Shown in pieces: positions 52,638-64,000 of a stretch of 64,000 nucleotides of DNA (within the stretch, counting starts at the first letter, position 1; every line of letters starts with the position of its first letter). The position numbers and the translations under genes are program-made. The notes under the pieces were generated by a model. The model had not been told where the DNA came from. It made no database searches and saw only the letters and a program-made list of their open reading frames with translations. This DNA is from Lepidodermella squamata (lineage: Eukaryota > Animalia > Gastrotricha). The stretch covers positions 496,001-560,000 of the forward strand of contig JBLDXI010000042.1 in assembly GCA_047495785.1 (NCBI GenBank). The letters run 5' to 3'.

Positions 52638-54343
52638 TTAGTAGATCATCCACAGAAATAAAATCGTATCAGAGATTATCACGATTAACAGAGATACAAT
52701 GCCTAGCAAGATATCAGCCAAGCGGCTTGTTCTGACATCACGGGCAACGTGAAAGCATCTGATCTTGATTCTGCTACTCCCGAAAAAGTCCTTAAACGAG
52801 CAATACATTGTCAGTAGAATGGCAATCGCGAATTTGATCCCAATCATGTATACAGCATAGATAGAGCTCGAAGTTTTCGGAATCATGCCGCTGACAAGGC
52901 TTAGCATCAGCGCATACGCAAGGACAACTGTTGCGCAAAACGCTGCCCGATCGGTTTCGTCCGGCTCAGCAAGCAAACATATGATCGGCAGTGAAATGAG
53001 GGACAATGTTGGGAATAACACGTTCCAGATGAAGTATGCTGGCTTGCGTTTGAATGAAATGCTGAAATCTATGCGGGTGAAGTATTCTTCGCTGCTTGGA
53101 AATCGCCATATATCGTTAGTTAGCGAATCGTCAAGCGATTCCGAAGTTTTCAATGCTGAAATTAACAGCAAAAACAGGCTCGTACGACTCGAAGCTCAAG
53201 ACGCAAGTTTGCTCGTCGAAAGGGAATTTGGCGTAATTGAAGGAAGGACAAGACACGTCGAAGCGGTCGTATACATCCCAAGACAACGAGGGCTCTTTGA
53301 TTCGCAGCTTCTTTATGTCATTCAATCTAAGACAACAAATGACTATTCAATGCATTGAATTTGATAAGATTTATTCAACGCCAAACGATAAAAATCCCAG
53401 TTTGTAACTGCTCGTAAAATTGCTTGTTATGCACTCAGCTTGCGATGCCGTGAGGCCAAATTATGGGGAGAGGTTGAGGTTGGGTTGAGAATGGCTAAAT
53501 AAACCCATCGGTTTCATAGGTCGGGTATGCCTAATTTGAGCCGCAATATCTCGAGTTATACCCAAAAGTCATCCGAGAGACTTATTCGTTATGCCACAGA
53601 GCACAGTTGAACGTTTCAGCGTGTTTAGCGGTGTGTTGTTTCTGGGAAGAGGAATCATATTGGATGTTGATTTTAACTATTATTTCGAGAGACTTGTTGA
53701 CTAAATCTAATGTTTTCCCATAAGCTCGAAGTAATGAAAAGTTATTCTACCCTAATTAAAACGTGCGAAATGAATTTGTACATAATTTTTTCTGCATCGG
53801 TTTCCTCTTTGGGTAATTCGATTTCTTCGCTTACGTTTCCGTAACATATAGGTAAACTAAAAACGATATGAAATGGACAAAAAAATGAGAAACTTGCCCA
53901 TTCGGCTGTAGCAGATGTCGTTCGATCGCTGTGATGTGGAACAATCGCGGCACCCATGACGCATCGTTCCAAGGAAAATAAATGAAAGTCGAACCTTCAT
54001 TGATACGCTCGCACTCCTCGCTGGTCGTCAAATTGAGAACCTCGCACCGCGGCCAGTTATCAGCGCACATAGGTAGCGCCCACTTCAGCTGTAGTAAGCC
54101 GACCATTGACAAACTCTGCTGCACGTCATCGATGCCGAAAAATCGGTACAGCTGCACTAGTACTTGGGCGTTGATAGGCGTGCCGGTTTTTATGTAATTT
54201 TCCGAAGGCAGAGCCGTTGCATTGATCGCTGGGCACGACTCGGCGAATTCCTGCAGAAATTGGTTAAGCAATGAAGAAGGATCCGCCGCTACGCCGAACG
54301 TGACGCATGAGATCACGATCGCTGAGATCAAGCTGCCAGTCAT
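52638..54343 (-). pseudogene. Divergent Cys-loop ligand-gated ion channel (nAChR-like, non-alpha); frameshift near 53140-53170
   Basis: Signal peptide, GIDDVQQ..W, WVPRL, CPSFNYAKFPFDEQTC, FKRKPAYFIWNVLFP and four TM helices. Confidence 0.85.
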
Positions 54344-55189
54344 TGCAGGGCGACAAAAGCAAAATGGCGCGCTTGATTGAGCTTACTCGCTTCAAAGATT
54401 GAACGCCTCTGCAGATTCAGTGATAAAACAAACCGTGATTATTACAGGCAAACAATTGGAAATATTTGTCACCGATACAATAAAAAGTATTCGAAAAATA
54501 CGATGTCTATCGCATAGCTGGAAATCGCATCAAAAAGGTGTTTGTTTGAAGCTTCGAAGCGTTATTGGCGCGACTTCCGGGTGGTCTGTAAAAAGGCCAA
54601 TTTTTCACTGTTCCGTTTGAGAGGCTTCCGTTTTGCTGCACCCAACGAAATCACACACAGCAGTGACATTTTAGCAGTGATCACAGTGATGGTCCTCGTC
54701 GAGCTTAGAGTTCAAATCGGCGTCAGGACGCGAAGTACGGGGGGAATGAGATGTATTGTACCCCCAAGTTCGGCAGGTCCAAGAAGAATAACACTCAAAA
54801 AACCACGCGAATCAAGAATCCTACTTCACGCACTGGTCGCTGGTCGACTATGAAATTGATATGACCAGAAGGTTCCGCTGCTGTTTTTGGGTTACCCCCC
54901 CCCCCCCTTTACCTCGCACGCCATTTGCTGAAATGTCCTAGCTGAAATGTCCGACCATGGGGCGACAGGAATAAATTGATGAAAAATGCAGTGCTCCGAG
55001 TACGGGGGTAAGGGGAGTTAGCACAGTTATAGGGAGTTAAACAAACCCCCCTGGCGTTCGAAAACTTCTGAAAAACGTAAGGGTCCCCCGTGTTGATTTG
55101 CTAATTTTGGGCTCAAAATGCTCGATTTACCCCCCTCAGAGCTGGACCTAGTCGGAACCCTGGAAAAATGTACTCGTGCAACAAATTAA

Positions 55190-57421
55190 TCATTGATTTA
55201 TTTTATTTTTGCTATAGCCATTCTCCGCTAATTTTTCAACAATTCTCGCATGTGACAAATAATCAACCCCGGTAGACTGGGTCGCCCCATCTTTTGAAAA
55301 CACCTTGAGCCCATAGATGAGGTACTCCATCTCCGCTGTTTTGTTGCCAATGACGTAGTGAAAAGACACCGCCATCTCAGACAATCCCTTCATGGTTTCG
55401 TTGTAGTACCGATCGCCTTTTGGCATCCAGTTAGCGAATCTCTTAGGTGGGTACATCTCCATGGCTGGGTCGAGAAAATTGAACCGCTGCCGGCCAGCTG
55501 GGTCACGCGACTCAACCAGCTCAACGCCAGCTGTGGCCAAACATCGCCCGATGTTAACGTCTTCATGAATCAACGGACTTAGGTGCCGAGTTCCGGGGCA
55601 TTTTTCTGGGTCAGTTGTTTTTCGCAACGCATTTTCGACCAATTGCTTCACGCCTTTGAAAAATTAAAAAATTAAAAAATGAAGTAGTATCTAATTACTA
55701 ATTTCAAATGACTTTGAAAAAATTCAATTCAATAGCTTTTTGACATTCAAATTTGACAAAAATTGATAAAAAAAACTAAGATTTTAATTTTTTAAAATTT
55801 TTGAAATTTTTTAAAAAATTAAAAAGTTGAAATTATCCATAAATTCTGCAAAATATTATTTTTTGAAAAAATATTCAACTTTTTCGGAAAAATCGGGAAA
55901 ATGAATTCATGTTAGTTAACTGTGATTATTCTAACCTTTTCCCGAGATGACGTAACCAGCTCCGCCAGCAGCGTAGTGCCGCCGTAGATCAGGCCTCGTG
56001 TGATAGAATTTGTCGGTCGCGTTAGTTTCCGTAAAATGCCGACCCGTGTAAATAGCTTCATCGGGCCGGTAATGAGTGGCAAGGAAGTACTTGAGATTTT
56101 CCATAATTATGAATGAATCATCATCGGCCTTCAAAAACCAGTCGAAATCATTGAGTAGGCCTTCGTCATACACCCATTCGAAAGCTGCTCGAACCTGAAA
56201 TAGGATTAAAAAGCAAGTTTCAAAATTTTTCAAAATTGAAACTTTGAAATTGAATTACAAAGTTTGAATTTCGAAAAAATCAAAATATGGATCAATAGAT
56301 TTTTAAAACATGTCGCAGAGGTTCGTATTAAACAAACATTTGAACCTCAAAAATTCGAAGCTTAAAAAATGAGTTTGATCACTTTAAATTTTTTTTTAAA
56401 TTCCCATAATTCATAAAATGAGGAAAAATAATTTCAAATAATTTCGATAATTTCAAAAAATTTCGGTGAAATGTCAACTCGTCCGCGACAAGTCATCCGG
56501 TGACAACTCATCCGCGACAACTCGTCCAGCGACAACTCATCCGAAATTAAATAAATATTTAAATAATTATTTTTAGTGACAACTCATCCGGTGACAACTG
56601 GTCCGGCTCGGCCGAGTTGTCGCGGATGAGTTGACACTAAAATTAAATAATTAATTATTTTTTAATTGTTTCAATTTTCGGACAACTCGTCCACGGACAA
56701 GTCATCCGCGACAACTCATCCTGAATTTACTAACTCATGTTATACTTCGAATTTCGGACGAGCTGACCGTGGACGAGTTGTCCCAAAATTGAAATAATTA
56801 AAAAATAATTAATTATTTAATTTTAGTGTCAACTCATCCGCGACAACTCGGCCGGGCCGGACCAGTTGTCACCGGATGAGTTGTCACTAAAAATAATTAT
56901 TTAAATATTTATTTAATTTCGGATGAGTTGTCGCTGGACGAGTTGTCGCGGATGAGTTGTCACGGACGAGTTGACCGCGGATGAGTTGACGCCCCACGAA
57001 AATTTCAAATTCATTAGGAATAATTTCCCATGAATTTCTGCTCTGGATGAATTTAGCGTACCTTTAGCCAAACTGCTTTGTAATTTTTCTTTGCGCTGAA
57101 TTTCGTCGCACCGATCTTCGGATCATCCTTGTCGCTAACAAACACGTATCGATCGCATTTTCTCGCCCAAGATTCGCGGATGAATTTAGCTCGAGATTCG
57201 TGGTAATTTCTGGTTGTTAAAATCAGGCACATCACCCTGACCCGGGTCATGACCAGGTCGAAAATTCCCGAATTATTCGATTTGGTAGACAATAATTGTT
57301 CAAAGCCATTTTCTAGTGATTTAATTGAGAATCTTCCGGCAAAATAGCCGAGAAAAATCCCGACTAGAATATAAAGCAACGCATTTGAGAAGGAGTTGAA
57401 GCTCTTCCTAATAGAAACCAT
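55190..57421 (-). CDS. C1GALT1: Core 1 beta-1,3-galactosyltransferase (GT31, T-synthase-like); exons 57421-57062, 56194-55936, 55653-55190
   Basis: Type II TM; RVMCLILT, W..KCD, DWFLKADDDSF, ENLKYFL, GGAGYVIS, EDVNIGRCL, SRD..GRQRF, VSFHYV; splice phases consistent. Confidence 0.9.
56465..56998. mobile_element. Foldback-type palindromic element in C1GALT1 intron 1
   Basis: Long inverted arms built of GACAACTCATCCG subrepeats; TSD AAAATTTC on both sides. Confidence 0.88.
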
Positions 57422-57703
57422 TTCATTGCCTCGATTAAACTTTCTTGAAAAAATAGGCTGGAAATAAAAGCAAAAAACAAGCTCATTCATAAAATCACAC
57501 GCGTCTACGTGAGAAGAGAAAATCATTGGAAAATCACAATTATTTACATTCTCCTGGTTTTTGAAATAAACTATTCACAAATCTTGACACCTCAATTTTG
57601 TCATCTCTCTTTCCCTAGAACATTTTGCTAGTATGTATTAAAATTGAGAACTTCTGCGAAATTTCAATTATTTCTTACAAATCATAGTTCGACCTGTTGA
57701 ATA

Positions 57704-59152
57704 ATGTTGTATCACAATTTATATCGGCAGCTTTGGTTCTGCTTTCGGAGAACTCCGATTACAAGCTTCGCCTTTGGTTTCGCTTCAGTGATTTTTCTTA
57801 CTACTACTATCATCCGATATTCTCAAACCAGCACATACGAATGCCAGGTTAGGATGAAATTTGAATTTCCTATTTTTTTGAAAAATGAATTTTTGAATTC
57901 AAATTTATGAATTTATAAAATTTTAAATTTTAAAAATATTAAATTGATTTACTCGATAAAAATATTTTACCACACAGGTTTTTTTCAAATATTTTTGTAT
58001 AATCAAACAGAGCCCAGTCGAAATTCGTTCCAGAATAGAAAAGCGATTGGAGCGAATCCGTGAAATTTGCGAGAAAGACCCAGTCGCAGCTAGCCAATCG
58101 TTCGACTGGCAAGATTACGACAGCCGCCGTAATTCAAGCTACGTCTGGCTCTGGAACAACCTGCTCGTCAATGATAAATACAAATTTGTATTTTGCGCGT
58201 AAGTGTCCCAAAATAAAATACCTGAATTTAAAAAATTGAATTTATAATTTTTTTATTAATTTTTGAATTTTTTTCAGAATTCCAAAGGCTGGTAATACAA
58301 ATACGCGGCACTATTTGATGCATTTAAGTGAAGGCAACACGGGTGATTACAAGTACCGAGGCGCAGGTTGGAACCGGGTCTATGATCCTAATTACAAGAA
58401 TGGCCACCTTCGAAAACTCAACGACTACCCGTTGGACGAGGCGAAGCATATCATGGCTACGTATCGCAAATTTACCTTTGTTCGCGACCCACTCGAACGG
58501 CTTATTTCATCATGGCGGGATAAATTTACCGACAAAAATGGGAAGGTTCAGAAATTTAGGGTGAGTCCCTAATTAGAGATTTTATATCTCAGGGAAATAT
58601 TTCGATATATTTATAATTCGAAGTTTTCGAAGTTTCAAGATTTCAAGATTTGAAATTTCAATTTTTTTCGAATTTTTCAAAATTTTAATATTTAAAATTT
58701 CACTTTGAAAATTGAAATTTTAATCAAATTTCAACTTTTAGAAAATGGCTTCGGAAATTGTGCGGAAATGCCGCCCTGAAGCGACGCAGGATGAAATTCA
58801 GTCGAGCGTGACGGCTCCCTTGAACGAATTTCTATGTTACCTCAACAAGGCTGAAAGCCATCGTGAATTCGACGAGCACTGGTACCCGCAGTACGATCTG
58901 TGCCAGCTCTGCGCTATCGACTATGAATTCGTAGGAGCTATGGACGATTTCGCGTGTGAGATGCAGCATGTTGGCAGGGCGATATCTGGGCGGCAAAACG
59001 TGCCTAGACCTGCTGATCCTCCGAGGCGATTTGTTAGCTCGAATAATTTAGCGAAATATCTTGACCCAGGATTCATGCCATTGTTGAAAGAAGTTATGAG
59101 AAAACATTTTTGGCTCGATTTTCAAATGTTTGGCTATGCTATGCCCGAATAA
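57704..59152 (+). CDS. Carbohydrate sulfotransferase (Sulfotransfer_2; CHST8-14/HNK-1ST-like); exons 57704-57847, 57978-58198, 58278-58560, 58742-59152
   Basis: TM anchor; 5'-PSB CAIPKAGNT; 3'-PB FVRDPLERLISSWRDKF; HWYPQ..LC..C.I.YEFVG; DFQMFGY. Confidence 0.93.
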
Positions 59153-59402
59153 GCCTACGAATCTTGAATAATGAGATATTTTTTCTTAATAAAATTCAGT
59201 CTAAAACTAGAAATTTCAAAATTCTCAAATTTTGATTGATTTCTTTGAAATTTTTAAAAATTTAAAAATCTTTTAAATACGTTTGAAATTTAAATAAAAA
59301 TTTAAAATATTTTGAAATTCTTAGAAATGTGTTGAAAATTCATCTTGAATGAATTTTTTTATAGATTATAGATTTTTTATATAATATATCCTAACGAATC
59401 CC

Positions 59403-60884
59403 ATGGGTTTCAAAGCTGTTACTCTGCCGAAAACTTTGAAAATCCTAATAATCTCAGGTTTTATCCTAACTCTGCTCGCGACCTGCCAGTTCCTAATCAG
59501 CGAAGAAAGTTTCGACTCACTCGATGCCCGGCTGTTTAAAGCGAGCGATTCAACAGAACCAGGTCGAATTCCTAAAATATTGCATCAAACTTGGAAAAAT
59601 TCGCGTGGCCTTCCTGCGAAATACGCGCAATATCGAAAATCGTGGCTCGAATTGCACCCGGGATGGACGCATGTGCTGTGGACGGATGATTTGAATAGGC
59701 AGCTGATCGATAGAGCGTATCCTTATTTGAGACGGTTTTATGACAGCCTATCGATTGGTGTTATGAAGTCGGATATCAGTCGGTTATTGTACATGCACAG
59801 GTACGCGAAATATTAAAGTCGAAAGTCGAAAGTCGAAATTCAAATATCCTCAAAATTTGAAATTTTTAGAAATTTTGAAGTTTAATTGTTTTTTATTCAT
59901 ATTTAATAATTCAGTGATATATTTTTACATTCATATTCCGATTTTTCTCGCAAATTTTGGATTTTTTTAATTCTTTTTTTAATTTTCATTATTTCAATAA
60001 AATTCATAAATTTTTTTGACGGCAAATATTCAGCCTAGTCACAATTGAAAAACATTTATCATATAGCTTGTTTTTAACCATAGATATGGCGGTGTTTACG
60101 CAGATCTCGATACCGAACCCATTCGGCCACTGGACGAGCTCATCGAAAATGCTACAACGCCCGTAATTCTCGGCTATATGATGAAAAAATTCGAGTATAA
60201 AGGCGACAAGCATTTCTTACCAGCTAGCATTATGCTATCGGCACCGGGCCATATGCTATTTATGATCGCTATCAAACAGGTAACAAAAAAATAAAACAAA
60301 AACAAAAAATCATAGGAAGGGAAAATATGTTAGAATTATTGAATTTATTTACAATTTTTCTCGAATTTTTAAAATAATTTCAAAAATGAATTTGAATTTA
60401 AATTAAAAATTTGAAAATTCAATTTTCCCAATTTTTTGCTAATTTTCAGAATTAATTCGAATTTCTCCGATTTTAGATTCAGCACCAAGCAAAATTATTC
60501 CCTCAACGCAACGTTCGCCCAGAATTTGTAACCGGTCCCGTCGCGTTTTTCAACGCCATTTTGTCATACATGGCCACCCACGAAGCTATGACAGGCGAGA
60601 AAACGGACGCATCGCCCTTCAACTGCTCACAGCACATTTACGACCTGCAAATACTACCGGCGCGCATACTCCACCCATTTTCGTGGCTCTATGTCAAGAG
60701 TCCGGCTGGACGCGTTTGTTGGGGCAAGTCGCCGCAGTTCAACGAGGAGCTGTGTAAGAAGCGTTTTCCGCATGCCTTCACGGTACAGTATTCGAGCCAG
60801 TCGTGGCGCGACGATTGGATGCAATTCATCGGCCCGGACGATCCGGATATCAAAACTGAAGGATTTATACCGAAACAATTTTGA
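59403..60884 (+). CDS. GT32 DXD glycosyltransferase (OCH1/SUR1/A4GT-like); exons 59403-59800, 60084-60279, 60477-60884
   Basis: TM anchor; IPKILHQTWK, W..LHPGW...LWTD, KSDISR..MHRYGGVYADLD, TGP. Confidence 0.92.
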
Positions 60885-61457
60885 AATTGAGCAATAAAGA
60901 TCAATATCTAAGCAAAAATTACTAGGAGCGAATATTTGTGAAATTTAGGGAATAGTATTGAATCCAGGACCATGCTCTCGAGCCAATAGATATATGAGGG
61001 GCTGGAATCTGAAATAAAGGGGGTACGGGGGGTAACGTACCCCTCAGCTCGAGAGGTCCAGGCAAGAAAAACCTACAGGAGGCCCCTTGGTCTCAAAACT
61101 CAAGGCCTAATTAACCCCCTAACTCGAGGATGCTATTCCGCAATTGGGTTTAAACTTTAAACCGTCAACGCGTTGAAGTTGTTTGGCAAAAAAGCCAGTG
61201 TAAAAGCCACTATTATCATCAGCGAAGAAGGCTAACGTCAACTGACAGCAGCTGTTTCTCTTTCAACACGAACCGGCATTGTCAAACACGTGACTCTTCC
61301 GCTCATATCGCCTACGGTATACCCTTCGCCGGTCTTGTGTGTGTTTAGCACATGACTGTAAAAGTTCTTTTCAAGACTTCCCCTATAGCTACGATCATTC
61401 TTTTCTTTTGAATTTCGAGATAAACGTGAACATATTTTTCCATCCAACTTGAGTTTC

Positions 61458-61796
61458 ATGGCTAATCTTACTTTAATTCTTGTGTTTCTGGTAAGACTTT
61501 ACTATTGGTTTCGATGGCTGTTACATTGGCTTGGTGTTGTTTTTCAGGCCGCTGTCCACTCTGTTGCAGGCTACTACGTCGGACAGCCATGCCAAGACCG
61601 GCAGCAAAAACCGGGCGTGTACAAGCAAAGCGGTAACACTGGCATATGGTACTGCGACAGGTTTCATGGGCTTGAGGAGGAGCAGTTGGTGGAAGAAGCT
61701 CGCGAGGAATGCATTATTAAAGCCACTGGCAAACATGGTGTATGGAAGGTCAACCCCAAAAATAAACAGCGGGAGTGCGTCGCTGAGATCAAATGA
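61458..61796 (+). CDS. 93-aa secreted two-repeat Cys peptide; exons 61458-61490, 61548-61796
   Basis: MANLTLILVFL|AAVHSVAG signal; two C-x7/8-GV(Y/W)-x10-C modules separated by an acidic linker; 57-nt GT-AG intron. Confidence 0.82.
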   Translation: MANLTLILVFLVRLYYWFRWLLHWLGVVFQAAVHSVAGYYVGQPCQDRQQKPGVYKQSGNTGIWYCDRFHGLEEEQLVEEAREECIIKATGKHGVWKVNPKNKQRECVAEIK

Positions 61797-62858
61797 ATTC
61801 GCGCCGGATTCAGCATGTCATGAGGCGGTTGCGATGTGGAGAAGTCAGCAAGCTGATACAATAATATACAACCGGACAAAATAGCTATCATTTTGCTTCA
61901 CTGCTGTTAATGACTGAATAATAATATTTGATTGGCGCGTTCCCCTTCTTACAGGAAAAGTTCTAAAATGCTTGAATCTGGACCTATCTAAGTTCCTAGT
62001 TCCGTCAGGCCCCCGTTATGTATTACGCCTCGGGTTCGATGCTTCTCAGAAAGCCTCATTTCCGAAGCTGAGACGTTTCCCAACTGTCGTATACGAATTA
62101 TCGGAAGGACGAAGCGATTCGATATAACTCCCTCAAGGTCGATTTAGAGTGAAGAAAATATTCCAACACAATTATTTTGCTTTCAGCTTAAATCCTAAAC
62201 ATTTCCAAAAAGCTTATAGCTAGATGGGAATAGCAATACGCCAACTTTCAACGTTAAATTCACCAGTTGTATGGAAAATAACTTAGAATAAGGTTCGAGA
62301 AGGAGGATTCTCGAGCCAGGGGTTACTTTCGGGAATTTTCGGCGTTAGCCATCGCAACTAGAGAGATTCCATCCACATCCTCCCGTTCCCCTTCACTTTT
62401 GATTACAATGACAAGTAATTTTATGAAAGAAATGCCATCTGCGGCGGCTCCACTATCCTTGATTCGCTCGGAGGTTTATTAAAATTGCAATTTATTTTGG
62501 GAAATATAGCAAACAATGTTTTCCATCTCCGGCAGCTTCAGAATCCATGATCACACCCTGGAGTAGCTGATGCGCAAAATTGCATTTCCACGAAACATAT
62601 CAGTAAATAAATGAACGGCAGGCTCATTGATCTGCTATCCCGTGCGCTGTAGAAGATGGATTGCAAAACAGAATTCATTCGTACAGCCTGCGAACCGGAG
62701 AATTGTTGACATTCAGACCTTGATTTTGACGAATCCTAACAGGAAATTAAATCACAGCTTGTTATTCCATGCTGCGGTATCTAAGATAGATCGCAGCGCT
62801 CGAGTCTACCGCGCTTGCTCTCCCAGTTTTTAGCTTTCAATCAACGAATTCAGTTGGA

Positions 62859-64000
62859 ATGGCTTATACATTTTATGCTGTAGTCAACTGTATTGTTGCG
62901 TTCGCAAACTGCCTCGATGTTTCAAAGATCCAGCTGCCTCGCCTGAACAACCTGATTGCATTCTGGCCAATGGACGCATATTCAGGCCTCACTGGGTTCA
63001 CGAGGACGAATGAAGAACTCCAGCCACTGAAGAGCGCAAGCGGCCTTGCGGAATTCTACCGTAACCCTATCACCAACGCCGGGTACTATACGCTGATTGG
63101 TGGACAAAATATAGCAAGTTATTCATTGTCTGAAATTCCGAGTTCATTCACAGTTAGCGTCCACTTTCAACAAACATTCGGTCTAATTGAATTCAATGGC
63201 CTATTCAAGATTGCCCCGAGAACCTTTAACGTGAGAACTGGACGAGATAGCTGGCAAACATACAGCTCTAAATTTCTGATGGAGTACCAGGACACATCTA
63301 TGCTAGCCTTCACATATGACAGCGCGACAAAAATGACGTTTTTCCATAGAATGGGAACAAGCAAGCTTGAATTATCCTCTGAAAAGTACTCAATACCGGT
63401 CCAGATGTACCTAAACGATACCAAGCAACAGTTTACGATCGGGATAGCAGAGAATTCCGATCCGGGGAGATCGAATTACGCAGTTTCCTGTGTTTCACTG
63501 TACAATGCTGCTTTAACTGCTAACGAGATGAAAATGCTGTTTCTACAACCGTGTCAAAAAGCAGCTGAAGCAAGCATGGTTAACATTGATGGAATCGATA
63601 TGAATTCCATACCGCGTCGAGGTTACCTCATCGGATTCTGGCCGCTATCATACGATTCGAAATTAATCGGCTGGACTGGGGCGGGTAATGCTATTCTGCC
63701 CCGCCAGCCTAGCCTCTACAACTCGAAACGGTTGAAATTTGAGGGTCCCTATGGGCAGGGCAGTTTTGCATGGAATAGTAACGCAAGCTCTTCTCGGAAT
63801 AAATTCAGCGGCATCGTGGCTTACGATAACCTCCCATGGCCAAAACACGCGCTCACAGTTGCATTCTACATCAAAACATCTTGCGCAACAGGGCAGCCGC
63901 GGAAAATCCTTACCATCCCTGGTTTTCTGACTGTTTACTGTCAGATGATAGTCAATGAAACGCGGAGTGATGTCAAAATATACTTTGTTCCGTTGGCTAA
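62859..64000 (+). CDS. Secreted protein with tandem LamG/pentraxin-like (ConA-fold) domains, open to the window end
   Basis: 380 stop-free codons from ATG 62859; signal peptide; LIAFWPMD, SFTVS, LAFTYD, SCVSLYNAALT; a second domain starts LIGFWPL. Absent from the ORF track because it has no stop in the window. Confidence 0.8.
   Translation, partial: MAYTFYAVVNCIVAFANCLDVSKIQLPRLNNLIAFWPMDAYSGLTGFTRTNEELQPLKSASGLAEFYRNPITNAGYYTLIGGQNIASYSLSEIPSSFTVSVHFQQTFGLIEFNGLFKIAPRTFNVRTGRDSWQTYSSKFLMEYQDTSMLAFTYDSATKMTFFHRMGTSKLELSSEKYSIPVQMYLNDTKQQFTIGIAENSDPGRSNYAVSCVSLYNAALTANEMKMLFLQPCQKAAEASMVNIDGIDMNSIPRRGYLIGFWPLSYDSKLIGWTGAGNAILPRQPSLYNSKRLKFEGPYGQGSFAWNSNASSSRNKFSGIVAYDNLPWPKHALTVAFYIKTSCATGQPRKILTIPGFLTVYCQMIVNETRSDVKIYFVPLA

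Noticed and set aside
56465-56998. Short repeats resembling a CRISPR array
   Set aside because: No unique equal-length spacers, palindromic arms with a TSD, and located in a eukaryotic intron: a foldback transposon.
61491-61547. 115-aa unspliced ORF with a longer hydrophobic N-terminus
   Set aside because: The 57-nt segment has canonical splice sites at the same position as the paralogue's intron, so it is treated as an in-frame intron.
62000-62080. GGTTCGA B-box-like motif (tRNA or SINE)
   Set aside because: No cloverleaf or A-box could be built; no RNA genes are supported in the window.

Overview
AT-rich invertebrate metazoan genomic DNA with short spliceosomal introns and a high transposon density. 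(1) 1-449: frameshifted, truncated copy of a carbohydrate sulfotransferase gene. It is joined through a 14-bp templated duplication to a left-truncated Maverick/Polinton, which carries an A32-like packaging ATPase, a parvovirus-type PLA2 domain fused in frame to a retroviral-type integrase plus chromodomain, and a protein-primed PolB with 2 frameshifts. No capsid or protease gene is present in the window. A spliced zinc-finger/AT-hook gene follows. (2) 10.9-29.0 kb: a complex amplicon made of about 2.2 tandem copies of a 4,503-bp unit, a LINE fragment, and about 1.1 inverted copies, bracketed by inverted copies of a dispersed repeat. Each unit carries three spliced genes for small secreted Cys-rich proteins that the ORF track shows only partly or not at all: a 70-aa peptide, a 214-aa three-repeat YLDRQxVxC protein and a 109-aa PAN/apple protein. 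(3) 29-52 kb: transposon remnants (Helitron, piggyBac, RLE-LINE, P-element, RTE, many MITEs) with disrupted ankyrin and C-type lectin genes. (4) 52-64 kb: a divergent Cys-loop channel, a tight glycan-synthesis cluster (core-1 GalT, sulfotransferase, GT32), a 93-aa paralogue of the amplified peptide that defines an apparently unnamed peptide family, and a secreted LamG-like gene running off the end. All family assignments come from motif recognition by eye; no database searches were run.
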